Assembly: GCA_030390025.1 (NCBI GenBank)
Contig: CM059430.1
Span: 72,912,001 to 72,976,000, forward strand
Source: Squalus acanthias
Lineage: Eukaryota
Direction: 5' to 3'
DNA length: 64,000 nt
Shown: positions 40,249 to 53,700 of the stretch, one piece after another
How the letters are laid out: each line of letters starts with the position of its first letter
Numbering within the stretch: position 1 is the stretch's first letter
Notes under the pieces: generated by a model
Told to the model about the DNA's origin: nothing
Database searches by the model: none
Seen by the model: only the letters and a program-made list of their open reading frames with translations
Translations under genes and position numbers: made by a program

Positions 40249-43200
40249 TGGAATCCCTGCTGCCAAGAGCTGCGCCCTCATGATCGCTAAGTTGTGAAGC
40301 CTGCAGCAAGTTCCCAAGAAATGGGACACGCGCTCAGCTGAGTACTGGAGCGCTCCTTCCGAGCGGTCATGGCAGCGGAACCATAGCTTCTGAAGAACAA
40401 TGGTTTGATCGATAATGTTCCTGGTGTTTACATGGCATTCATTATATGAGTGTTGGGCAAGTGTGTTGGGGCTGCGGAGGGGATTCATGAGCCAGTTGGA
40501 GAGCGGATAGCCCCTGTCACCGAGCTGCCAGCCGCGAGCTTGTTGTGGTGGCTGGAAGGTTGCTGGCAGACCGGACTGGCGAAGGATGAAGGCATCGTAG
40601 CTGCTGCCAAGATTGCGGGCATTGACATTGAGGATTCACCGTGCGTGGTCGCACATCAGCTGCATATTGAGTGAGTGGTAGCCTTTGCGGTTATGGAAGC
40701 TCTCAGGATTTTTATACCGTGCTCGCAAAGCCACCTGAGTGTAGTCGACGGTGCCCTGTACCATGGGGAAGCCTGCTGCCCTGGCAAAGCCAAATGCGCG
40801 CTTATCCCGCTTCTCGCTGCTGATAGAGACGCCATCGTAGTCACTTCTCCTGATCCAGAGAGTCTCAGCGACCTCCCGGATGCAGCGATGCATGGCGAAC
40901 TGTGAGATGTTAACGATGTGTCCTCCTGCAGACTGGAAGTATCCACTGGCGAAGAAATTCAGGGCCACGGTGACATTGACTGCTACTGAGAGAGCCGTGT
41001 TCGGTCTGCTCTCAGGCTGAAGGTCTGGTTGCAGGAGGTGACAAATTTCTGTGATCAATTCGTTGGTGAAGCATAGCCTCCTAAGAAATTGCTCCTCGCA
41101 TTTTTGGAGGTAGGAAGAGTGCTGACGGACGACCATAGGTGGGTAACGCCACCCGTTGACAGCCCTCCTCCACCTCCCTCGACACGCATGTTCTTAACTT
41201 CCTCGCTGCCTCCTCTCCCTCTGCTGTAGATGCTGGAGGGCGAGGTCGACTGCCAGTACAGCCCCGTGACTGTGAGTAACTGTTGTGAGCAGAAGCCTTT
41301 TCAAAATAATGAGGGAGTTGTTCACTTGAAACAATACTCCCTATTGCAAAATAACCTTGGAATAAGTAAAGAAAGCAGTTCGAATTGCAGGAAGCAGCAT
41401 AATAGCCAATCAAATTGCGAAACCCTGTCAGGTGCAGCTGATTGCTGATGATCCTTTTATATATCGTTGCTGGAGTTTCCTTCCTGCTCTCCCTATCATT
41501 TCGACATTCCGGTAAGTTCGATGGCGAGAACGAATACTGCAGATCTGCCAATAACTGGCAGAAGAGCGGACGCAGCCACTTTTTCGACATTTCGCTAGGT
41601 TAACGGGTCGCGCAAACCACCCGAATTTCTAAGCCGATGCCCCCACGATCACGTTTGTAGGTAATTGCATATTTTGAGTGCTGTGATGTTTAGTGTGGTG
41701 TATTGGCTGCCGATCAAGAGGACCGGTTTGTCCTTGAAACTATAGAGTCTCTTGAGCGTTATTGCATCTCTCCAGGCAAGTGGAGAGCATGAGCAAACTC
41801 TTCTGCCTTACGCTTTGGAGGTGGAGGAGAGGCTATGGGGAGTCAAGAGTTGAGCTCCTCTTCACAGAATCCCCAGCATCTGACCTGCTGTGGTAGCCAC
41901 GGCATTTATGTGGCTTGTCCAGTTGAGTTTCTGGTCATTGGTAATCCCTAGTAAATTGATAGTTTGGGATTTGGCGTTGGTAATGGCATTGAATGCCAAG
42001 CAGAGGTGGTTATACCCTCTCTTGTTGCAGATGGTCGTTGCCTGGTACTTGAGTGGCGCAAATATTACGTGCCACTTATCAGCCCTAGTCTGGATGTTGT
42101 CCATGTCTTGCTGCATATGGGCATGGACTGCTTCGTTATCTGAGGAATTGTGAATGGAACTTAACACTACAATCATCAGCGAACAGTCTCTCTTCTGATC
42201 AAAGGTCATTCGTTAACTAAATGAAGATAGTTGGCCCTGGGGGACATGGCCCTGTGGCAATGATAAGAACATAAGAACATAAGAAATAGGAGCAGGGTTG
42301 GGCCATACGCCCCCTCGATCCTGCTCCGCCAAATTAATAAGATCTTGGCTGATCACCCACCTCAACTCCACTTTTTTGCCCGATCTTCCCCTAGATTCCA
42401 AAAATCTAACTATCTCAGCCTCCTGCAGCGCCAGGCTGCGCCTCAGATAATTGGCAGCCAGCAACCAAAACCATATTTGTGCTAGATAGTTAACTAGCCA
42501 TTGGAGTGTTTTTCCCCTGACCGACATTTTCTTCAGTAGGTGTCACACTTGTTCAGGGCAGTCACTGTCAGCTCATTTTTGGAATTCAGCTCTTTTTTCC
42601 ATGTTTGATCTCAGGCTGTAATGTGGTCAGATCTGACTGCTCCTGACGAAACCTAAACTAAGGAATGGTGAGCAGGTTATTGATGAGTACGTGGCGTTTA
42701 TTACACTATTTCCAAGTCCTTCAGCAATTTTGCGGATGATTGATAACAGGCTCCTTTTATGGTAATTTTCCGATTGCATTTGTCTTGCTTTTCGTGAACA
42801 GAAAATAATTGGGAATGTGCCAGTGTTGCAGCTGTAGTGGAACAGCTTGTCTACTTCAGCTGCACAGAAGGTCAATACAGGTAGCATATGATTAGATTTA
42901 CGAGGATGTTGCCTGGGCTGGGGAATTTTACCTATGAGGAAAGATTGGATCGGCCGGGGTTATTATCTTTGGAACAGAGGAGGCTCAGGGGGGACCTAAT
43001 TGAGGTATATACATTATGAGGGTTCTAGATGGAGTGGATAGGAAGGGCCAATGATGTCAATGGTGGGCTATTCTACAGGGATGAGATTCTGCATTGTATC
43101 AGGATAAACGCCTGTGTTGCTTGTTGTGAGCCAGCTTCCCAAGGAAGAAGAGTTGAATTGGAGTAATATACATAATGGGCAATGAGTTTCAACCGATCCC

Positions 43201-44489
43201 ATGTATAACTCAGCTTACGAATGTGTGCACGATGACAGGAAGAATTAGATAATTAGGGCAAGAAAGAGAAGTGGCTGCGAGGGCAGCAGAATCTTTTGCG
43301 GGCGTGAGGGTAAGCAAAAGGGAGGTGCAGTAAGTTCTTATGGGCAGCTATGGCAATTGGGGGTGAGATGGATTAAGAATGCTGAGATGTATGTAAACCC
43401 CTTCATGGTAGTGCAGAACGTATGAGAGAAATGACGGCGAGCTTTACATTGGCACTTCTGATGAGATCATCAATGCCAGTAATTACCACGCCTGTTTGGC
43501 TGAATGAATGCTGTAACTTCGGTGAAAAACTGAGGAAACCCTGCGGAAATTCTAAAGCAACGTGTCTTTCTGCACTGCAGCCTGGTCCGGGAGATAATGT
43601 TGATCACCTTAATATATGATGCCATCTCTTGTCATGCCCATATCACAGGAAGCTTTAGTGCAGGCAGTGGACCTTTGGAAGTGGACGTTCTTCGTATTGA
43701 GAATCTGTTCCACCAGCATTTACAGAGCTATATGTGAACGCCTCTGGACCATGAATTGATTCTTCTTAGCTTCAGAGATCACCCTGAAGCGTCACCGCGT
43801 TGTTTCCCTGTTTTGGTCAAAAGATGCACCTCCCCATTAAGCTCCTGCAGCACTTAACAGCACTCAGCAGCACATGATTTCCCACTTTCTAATCGGCGAA
43901 TTGCCTACAGAAAGCGCATGTCGTGCTGGCAGTCCAGCTCAACCTGCAAATGCGGGACAACAGAGAAGCTGGGAATGGTTTACCGGCTCCTCTTCTCGCT
44001 GGCTGTTATTCTCACCCCGCTCACCTTCTCGCTATTGCCTCGAAGTACTACTTGCAATTATACCGCGTCTTTAAAGTAACAAAACTTCCCATTGCGCTTC
44101 ACAGGAGCGTACTCAGACAACGAAATTGACTAGGGAACCAAGGAAGGAAACATTAGTAGAGGGGACTAAACCCTTGATGAAAGAGGTAGGATTACGGAGC
44201 ATTTTAAAGGAGGAGAGAGAGGAAGAGAGGTGGAGAAGTTTAGGCGGAAAATGCCAGAGTTTTGGGATTTTACAGTTGAGGATACGGCAGACCATGGTGG
44301 GGCGAATGTAATCGGGGATCCGAAAGAGTCCGGAATTTGAATAATGCAGGTTTCTATGAGAAATGTAGGGCCGGAAATGTTGCAGAGATTAGCAGGGGCG
44401 TGGCTATGGACCGATTTGAAACCAAAGATAAGAATTTTAAATTGTCGAACGAGGAGAGCAAAACCGACATCATTGTTTCACAGGAGACA

Positions 44490-45489
44490 ACAATATTTGT
44501 ACGGAAACCCCATAAGCATGAATGGGAATACCCCCAAAAAATACACCTAGACATCAACTTGAAAAAGCCATCGCATATTTAAAATGAATTAAAATGTCAT
44601 TAATTAAATATTTAAAGCAAAAACGTATTTGTTTGTTAAATACATTTACAAGTTTTAAAGGGGCAAAAGTTTTTAAATGTATAAATTAATGATAACATTT
44701 TATTTTCTGTTTTTTAAACCTCTTACGCTGTTCAAAGCAGGTCTTGTGTATGCTTTTGCCAGGCGTAAGAATTTCACAGGCAGTCGCTGGGCAGAAGTTC
44801 GGCAAATCACCGCCCATGAATGCAGTTTTCCCGGGGATTTGGAGGATCATGACAGATCGCAATTTGCAGATTCCAGCGCATGCCTAAACCTGGAACTTGC
44901 GCTGCCAAGATGGTTGCATACACACCTCGTACGCAACCTTAGGGGCCTCAAATTACGTACCATTATGCTTCTGGGGATTCCATTTACGTACGGAATCCCC
45001 TTAAGCACAATAGGAATCCCCTAAAAAACAGACTTCCATAGCAGTTAAGAAAAAATCACATGGTCAAAATTAATTAAAATACAATTTAATTAAACATTTA
45101 AAACACATATTTAATTTTTTGAAAAATTAATTTACACATTTTCCAAGTGGCCAAAAATAACTTAACCAATGTTTAAAGGTCTTTATTTGTCAAAATAATT
45201 TTAAAACATTTATTTTAATATTTATTTAAATCCTTACGCTGGCAAAATAAGGCCTTATGCCTGCTTTTACCTGGCGTAAGGATTTAATGGGCATTCGCTG
45301 GGCAGTAGTTGAGCAATTAGTGAATGTCCATTTTCCGCACATGCGGATGATCTGCCAAACTGAAACTTGACAGATTGCAAGTTCCGGTTTTCACGCAGGC
45401 GTATTGCATGCAGAAACCTGGAACTTGCAGGGCACTTACGACTGCGTACGCTGTACGTACCTGGTCATGGGCCCTGGAAAATCTGGGCC
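44490..45489 (-). mobile_element. Two tandem MITE fragments of the older subfamily
   Basis: Arm motifs (ttacgctg..aaagcagg..tgctttt..ggcgtaag; gacagat..gcatgc..aaacctggaacttgc) occur at 44720-44900 and again at 45230-45430; end aaatctgggcc. Confidence 0.7.
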
Positions 45490-45553
45490 AATAGCGTCCT
45501 AAATTTAAAGCACAAAGGAATTCCGAATTAGTTCCCTCTAACATGTTTTATAG

Positions 45554-45700
45554 CGTCCCCAGCTCCGTTACGGATTATTTAGCTGAAGAGAACTCATCTG
45601 CTCTGACTCTCGTCTGTAAAACGACAGAGTTCTGCCCGGAGTCTCTCACCTTTACTTGATATGAATATCACACGAACATTGTGATTGGGTTCAACACAGC
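45554..45700 (+). pseudogene. Truncated C1-set exon remnant (unit B copy)
   Basis: Homolog of 14554-14700 with the same frameshift; the core Trp codon is additionally TGA. Confidence 0.8.
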
Positions 45701-47535
45701 TCCCTGGACGGGATGCTGTGTTGATCTCAGCTTCCTAGCTTCATTAGGACGGCCAAAATTAGGACCTGCAGAATCACTCAGCTCCAAATCTTATTCAGGG
45801 AATATGGGAGCTGAACAGCATTGGAGAAATGGCAGCAACTGCCTGAACATCCACGCATCATTGCAATGCGTGTGGCATCAAGGAGTCTTCACAATCTGGA
45901 GGCCATTTGGGCCAAGTGGAACACCCTTCAGTTAGTGATCAATCATCACAGCCGTGCAGGAGTACCTTACAGAAGTATCCTCAGCCTCACTATCTTCAGC
46001 TGCTCCATCAATGACCTCCACTCCACCATAAGTTCACGAGCGTGGCTGTTAACTGATAATTATAGTGTTCAGTTCCAGTGGCAACTCCTTAGATAATGAA
46101 TCAGCCTACTGCAGCAGTAACTTTCAAAAGGGAATTGGATAGATACTTGAAAAGGAAATACATTGCGGGGCCCTGGCGAAAAACCAGACGAGTGAAACTA
46201 TTTAGATAGATCTTTCAAACAGCCGACACAGGCACGAAGGGCCGAATGACCTATTGCTGTGCTGTATGATTCTAACTTGACTCTATGATACCAGCCCACA
46301 GCTGGACATATAAAGCGTTCAATGTGAGGTAACATTCGTGCCACATAAGTGCCAAGCAATGGCCAGCTCATTGAACAAGGAAAAGCACATCAATTTCCCC
46401 AATGCTTCAACACACAATCTATATCCTGGGCGTTAATCATTGCTAAGCAACTTAACCGACCCTGCCATATGAACAACCGTAACTACTGGAGCAGACCAGA
46501 AGCTGAAAGCTTTGCAAAGAATGGCTTATCTATCAACCTGTGAGCCTCTTTCTGACGTCCACAAGTACAGGTCTGGAATTTGGAACCATACGCACTATTC
46601 GCCCGGATGGGTACTTCTGAAAGCTCAAGTATCACCGTACTATCCAGAACAACAACAGTTTGTTTAATTCGCACCCATTTCACAGGAATCCATGGGTGCA
46701 GTACGTACTATGTACATGATGCATTGAAACAATCAATTAATCAAAAACAGACCCAGATTTGAGAATGGAAAAAAAAAACCAAATGTGGATAGCTTTGGCA
46801 AGCATTGGTCCAAAGTAACTTATTCCTCCCAAGCCTGATACATTTACCAGATGTCATGTCTTAAAATACTCATATGCTGAAGTTTTTGGATTCATCCATT
46901 TTAAGGTAATTGGGGGTTGATGCTATATAGTGGTTACTTTTATAAAGCCAACAGACCACCTTGCCTTATCTGGATCTTGTCTCTCCATTATTATCTGAGT
47001 AATATCGACTTTTGGTGTGGCTTTTATAGTAAAAGCGCAGAACACAAGGGTGTCGCTATCAGAAAGAGTCGCCCACATTATTTTGCTAACGATTTTTAAT
47101 CGGTTTATTCATGCCTGATTCAAAATAAGGGCCAAAGGAATGTCATACACCAGCAAAGTAATGCTAAGCCCAAGTAAATTGTGCTAAGACAATGCCACAC
47201 ATTGTGAAGAGTGAAAAAAACAAGTTTCACGGCAAAAGCCACTGAAGAGCCAGAATATAAGTTTAATGATTGGAGAATGCAGTTTTGTTAACCATTAAGC
47301 AATTGTCTATAAAAAAATAAATAACATTCATCTTGACTTTTTCAAGAAGTGTTAATGTTATGGCTGGTAACAATTTAGAAAATAAGTCGTACCAATTGGT
47401 GCATTTGTCTGTTGAAGTATGTTGCCCTGGAAAATAATTTGGGCAGAAGCACAACAAAGATACATACAGGTCCAAGTGCCCAGGCTTACGCGAGCAATCT
47501 CCACGACGACAGTGGTCTCTGCATACGTGAAAACA

Positions 47536-47709
47536 TTAGGTGATTTTTGTTCCGGTGTAGATGGCTTCGGCTGTTACTCTTTGGGTTTTGAAGTGTAACT
47601 GAGCATAATCTGAACTCTTGTCCTGAAGTTTAGGCTTATCTTTTCTCTGGGAGCCAGCCAATTCCAGCGCAGCGTATGTCAGATTGTTATCTGATTTCGC
47701 TTGCCTTGT
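47536..47709 (-). CDS. Exon 7, terminal cytoplasmic exon with LTYAAL, SDYAQL and AIYTGT motifs
   Basis: TRQAKSDNNLTYAALELAGSQRKDKPKLQDKSSDYAQLHFKTQRVTAEAIYTGTKIT*; acceptor ctttatag; TAA at 47538-47536. Confidence 0.88.
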   Translation of the reverse strand, partial: TRQAKSDNNLTYAALELAGSQRKDKPKLQDKSSDYAQLHFKTQRVTAEAIYTGTKIT

Positions 47710-50700
47710 CTATAAAGCGAGTGTTAAAGAATATCATTAGTACATGGCCGTTTGTTCAGTTGTGAAAGGAGACATTACATTTAAGAAAGTCAACAGCTTT
47801 AAATAAGATAAGCAAAATAATATATTTACTCCGTCACAATGGGTGACCTGTGTGTTTCTTTCAGCCTACCTGGGCGTACACAGACCTCTCCTCTTGATAC
47901 TTAGCGCTTGCAGTTTTCGTTGACTTGGTCAAATCTAATGCAGTGTAAAGCACCATCTCATTTGCTGATCCCTGCATAGATCACAAAGTAATGCATATTA
48001 TATTGTTTACTCATTATTTTAGTGACACTGCAGTGTATGGATTACACGTTGAACCGAACGGTCTGTAATTCTAAAACCCGAGCTGGAATGTGAAGCATTG
48101 GACAAAAAATACGGAACTTGCCGGGTGAGTACGCGCTGTGTACTCACCCGTAAGGCCTGCTGAAGTGCCGGTTTCCTGCATGCACTGCGCATGCGCGGCA
48201 ACCCGGATCTTCCGGTCTCGTGAAGGGAGAGCTTGAGAGGTGAACCGCTTGAGCGGTAGAGGCTGCGCGCACGCAGCTAACTTAGGTTTTTTTTTTGCGT
48301 TTCTCCGGGAGGGTAAGTATTGAAGAGGCTGCATTTTTAAAAAGGATGCGCAAGACCCGTTTTCAACAAGTTAAGTGGTTAATTAATTACAATATAAAAA
48401 TTTTTCCAACAGGTTAATCTTTTTTAGATACTTTAAAGAAAGGTAAGTTTATTTTTAGCACTGTTAAAAAGTATTTTAACTTTTTCAAAAATTTAAATTT
48501 TGTTTAAAGTAGCTAATTTATTTAACATATAGTTATTTAAAAAATGTGATTGTTTTTTTAAAATGTATTTGAAGTTTAGGTGTTGTTTTGGGGCCGATTT
48601 CGGGGTCTTCCTGTCAAATCTATGAATTAAAGCTGGTCTGCTGTCATTGGCTCTCCATGTCCCACGTGATCCCAGGGAATGCATCGCACTAACTACGCCC
48701 CTGGGATACACAAGCACTGCGCGCTGGCAGTTGGGGGAGGCCCAGGAGCCGAAGTCCCCGTGGGCCCAGAGGTCAACGGCAGGCGCGGTAGGTAGGTGCG
48801 CGTGGGATCCTTGCACCCACGGTAAGCCAGGGTGCCTAATTTCTGGGCCATTATAATAAATCCACATGGAGCTTTTGTTATCTGTCAATAATTTTATACT
48901 GTATCATTAGGACACTGTATTATATTTTACTCTTGCAATGTGGACTATAGTCATGTTATAAATTATGGTTGTTACACAAGTTACTGCTTAGTAAGCCCCA
49001 TGTGTGAAAGCACAAAGGCCTAAGATACCTAAATTACTTGAGGTGTTTTCCCCTTACATGTGCACGTGTGTTTGTAAATTACATTGTATTTTATTATTAC
49101 TGATTCCATTAACATTATATATTTTGGAAACAATTTCAATAATATATGAACAAACGCAGTAAATACCTTTAGGAGATACATTTAATTTAGAATTGTCTCG
49201 CTGAAATCTTAAATAAATATTTACTCAGAATTTTAAATGGCTAATGATTTCCCTTAAGTAGCGAAGTGATGTATTTCAGGCCAGCGGATTAACTGCATCT
49301 ATGAAAGTATTTCGTGCTTAATCTGACTACCAATTTCTATTTCCATAACAAATGGATGAAAATAACCTACCAGACCTTCGGGATGTGAGGGTTGCTCCAT
49401 CGAATCCCCTGTTCCTGGTAATGAATGGACTTGAAAATTTGAAGATTAATTATTTGCTTATATCGCACTCCATGATTCAAAAACCATTTCATGTAGACTT
49501 AATACACAGTCCAAACTTATGTTCAGTAACACAATCAAGAAATTGTTGGATATCTCTATTTGTTCAAGCTTTACTGTTAAATTACCATCTCCAGATTATG
49601 TTAATTATTTGAATCCTACTGAAGTCAAGTTCCACGGGGTCAAGAGGCTTCCTGCTTTGGCCATGGCCCTGAAATTGCGTTGTCTGTGAAGGCATACTCT
49701 CAGAGTACACCATTGTATTCCTTTTGAAATGCCCCGTAAATTCCGGATTTCCTCATGAGCTTATCTAAAATCTGGAATTTAAGAACTGTCAATGTACACG
49801 TTGATAGGCCATATGTGGGAAATCCGAAAAAGCAATCCATGGCAGATTTCAGCTAGTTACCCAGCGACTGGCCAGCAACTTTATCGCCGGTCCTTTATTG
49901 TCGCTGGTTCAAAATCCTGCAAATCCCTACCGAACAGCACTGGGGAGTGCCTTCAAAACACGGACTGCAGCGGTTCAAGAAGGAGGCTCACCACCACCTT
50001 CTCAAGCGCAATTACAGATGGGCAATAAATGCTCGCCTTGCCAGCGATGCCCACATCACATAAAAACTAATTAAAAACATTGCCCACATAGGTCTTACAG
50101 TTGTTGCATGCAGGCGTAGGGCCCGTTTGCATCAGCGTAAGGAGATAGCTAAGGCTGAAAATAAACATTTTTCATATCCAAAATTATGCACATACACTGT
50201 ATTAAATGAGTTTATTCAAATATTAGACTGCATTACAGTTTTAAATACGTATATAATTAACAAAAAATAATGTTTTTACCGAGGTTGGTGTAATGAAGCT
50301 AGTTTTGAATAAAATTCCATCTTTGTACATTGTATGGTTATTAGATTTGGGAATTCCATTGCATATCATTAGGGGATTCCGTTCTAAATTATTGGAAAGT
50401 AATTCTATTTATGTATTGGAGGACTGGACCCACGTGATCCTAGATAAGCTTCAGATCCGCCTGTATTTAGGGATCTGTGGACCATTACGCTGCACTCCGC
50501 CTCGAGGCCTGCGATCACAACTTTTCGCAGCCTGGGCACCTGGAGGTACTTTCGTAATTGTTTCATGGGTTGGAGGCATACCGTGCAATTATGCTTCTGA
50601 CGGCAATTTTAGCCTGTTACTTGACGGTAAAGCACACCACTTTAGACACTGCTCTCAACTCACTTCCACAAAAGTATTGCACCAGCAGAAAGAGGTCAGA

Positions 50701-53700
50701 GAATTTTAGATCCAAAACGAGAAACTTTCTCCTACCCACTCCAGAGAGGTGAAAGGCAATATGGCCACTTTACTGCTGCGGGACAGATTATTAAACTCAA
50801 CGCATTGGTTCTAGTGCCCCATCTCCCCGGCTCCTATCATCAACAGCACAACATGTCATCCATTTGCAAGAGCGAAGAAACAACTTCTCATTTATCTAGC
50901 GCGTTCCAGGACGTTAGGACATCGCAATGCGCTTCTCAAACGAAACGTACTTTGGAAGTTTAATCAATGTTGTAATGTAAGGAAACGCGGTGGCTAATTG
51001 GGCACAGACAGGTCCCACATGCAGTAATGCGTTAAATAAGCAATTACATTATTTTACCGATGTAAATTAGGGATAAATGCTTTGCAGGACCCCGAGAGAC
51101 CTTCCAGCCCTCCTTAAATAGTGCCAAGATAAATTTTATATCCACCTCAGCGGCCAGACGGAGACTGGTTTTAAGCTTTTATCCGAAAGCTCTCCCTCAT
51201 TATGGCACTGGGGTGTCGGCCTAGATTATGTGCTTAACTCTCCGACCTCTGATTAGCAGGTGAGAATGCTACTACTGATCCAAGGCTGACATTAACTTAC
51301 TGCATCCCTACCCTCACATCATCAATGAAATACTAAAGGACACAATGAAACGGGACAATTTCATACCTTTACATCTTATTAATGGACATCGCTTCCTAAT
51401 GATTATCACGAGCAACAGAATGAAGATTCCTCCTCCTGCGGATCCATAGACTTGTATGTACCATTGTGCGTTGCCAGCTCCTGTAAAATGTATGTCAAAA
51501 TAAAATTTGAAGTAATACATTGTGAGAAAGTATTCTCCAGTCCCACCCTTCAAAGTCGCCAACCTTTCTTTTGAACAGTTATTTCAACTTCCGAGAATAC
51601 CGCAGCATAAAAAGAAGGTTAAACATTTTATTGACCTTCTTATTTTTCCTTTTCCATTACAAATCGTTATGATTACTTAACATCTGAAGAGAATTTTATT
51701 ACTGCAATTATAAAACGGACCACGATTTAACCTACCCCCCTGAGTAATATTTAAGACGGTTATCCTTGGACTTTAGTTTTAATACCCCATGTTAACTAGG
51801 AATTAGATATGAAAGTTGATTCCTAGATTAGACCCAGTGTTTGGTGAACAAGTTCTGCTGTTTCGACAATCCAACAGCTTCAGGTTTACTTTTACTGAAT
51901 CCAGCATTTTATTTCCAGAATTGTTTAAACTGAAGTATAATTTTCAAACTACCATGGCGTGATCATTAGTCCAGGCGTCTTGCTTACTATTTCCGTACCA
52001 TCACAATTATATTACAATACCTCAGCTCTCTAATAAAACAAAGTTCAGTACAAAGACCCATTTGCCAACAGACCTGGAATAATCTACTTAAATCCATATT
52101 CTTGTTCCTATGAAGAGTGATAACCAATCAATGCTACTTTAAAGGACTGTGGACAAAATTGCGCAAATGCCAAATACGATCCATAATCTTTGGTATCCGT
52201 CTTGGTTCAGATGTTCCTTGCTTTTGTTATAATTAGATGTTTACCTCCAGTACTGGTTGAAATGAATCGGAAGTCAGTTGCCGTTTGGACGGTGAGATGA
52301 CTTGCCTGGCAGATATAAATAGTCCCGCTCTTGACAGGCTGCGACTCTTCCAAAAAACTGGAAACTTCATACAGACCTTTTTCATTTATCTGTATAACGG
52401 CGTTTATCCCGGTCTCAACTTTCACACCATCCTTATACCAAGTAATATTGATATCATTTGGGTAAAATTCAGCAGTTTTACACACAAGAATCAAAGAAGC
52501 AGATGCATTACGATCAGCCTCATTGCAGTCAATACGCAGTGGGGTTGGGGGAACTGTGGAACAAGATACAGAAGATATTAGAACTGACTGAGCTCTTTCA
52601 GAATGTATGAAGTAATTCTATTTTCTACCAGATTAAAGACAATGTGACATTAATACTTTCCAAACATTAAATGGCATGTTCATTTATAGAAACGTTAGGT
52701 GGATTTTCAACTTGCAATCTGGGCGGGAAACAGACGATGTTGATCAGCAACTCGGCATCAAGTTGAACAGCTATCCCATTAATTAACGGATTACAATTTC
52801 TACTGAGACGTTGGTGAGCTAAACATGATACCGTCAAGATCAATGCTAGAAATAATATAGATGGAAGATATAACGGTTTGGAGGGTTTTGAGATTATTGC
52901 AACACATATATATCTCAATATAACTCATAATTAAGAGCAGGTAGAAGGGGATTCGATGTATAATATGGTTTACAACACTAGGCATTTTACAGGGCTAAGC
53001 TTTTAATTGAAAAAAGAGATCGTTTCACGATCAAATTGTTTTAATGTTGTTTACAAAATCATATTGAGCACCATTCACCTAAACAAGAATATTTTAGAAA
53101 GTTGACAGACGGTTTAATAACTGTCGAGACAGTTTTACTGAGTCAGAGACTCTTTTGAAGTAAATATTGTCAACATTGTTGGAAAGGTTAATTTAAAATA
53201 CAGATAACACGTAGTTTAAGAACGGCTGTTAGTGAAGAACCATAGCTGGAGGAAACGCAAAGCAGAAGAAAATAGATCAAATGGAAAGTTACTGAGAACT
53301 CGCCGTAGAGTGCACCCGAAGTTTAAACCAGAGTGCTTCAGAGAGAGATATAACGGTTCGACACCAACAATTAACTTGCCATCTAAGGGAAGAGCTTATT
53401 CGTCATATTCTCATTCAAGCGGCAGATTTACCAATCAAAGTCAAACAGTCGTCCTCGCTAAAATAAACTGTGCTCAATTATAACCAACAAATTATGTTAC
53501 ATCGTGATTGTGAATGATGTTTATTGCTTGTTGATTTAGCTTGTCTACGCTAAATATTAAGAATTCATTCGTAATGATATTAATGCATCTTCAATGTTGA
53601 ACCTCATGTTCACCACTAGCTGCAATTTAGTGGAAGTAATTACGTAAGTTAAGCAGTGGCTAACCTCTTTCACGTTCAATTATTGGTCGCGTTCTTAATC

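Larger units (their letters stand above)
37585..41635 (-). pseudogene. HARBI1-like transposase remnant plus element end (unit B copy), split by the same CR1 insertion
   Basis: ORFs 40636..41136 and 40246..40488; right end aatttctaagcc at 41635. Confidence 0.88.

Noticed and set aside
48013-48072. Extra cytoplasmic exon
   Set aside because: Stops appear in all three frames before a convincing donor, and exon 5 already joins exon 6 in frame.
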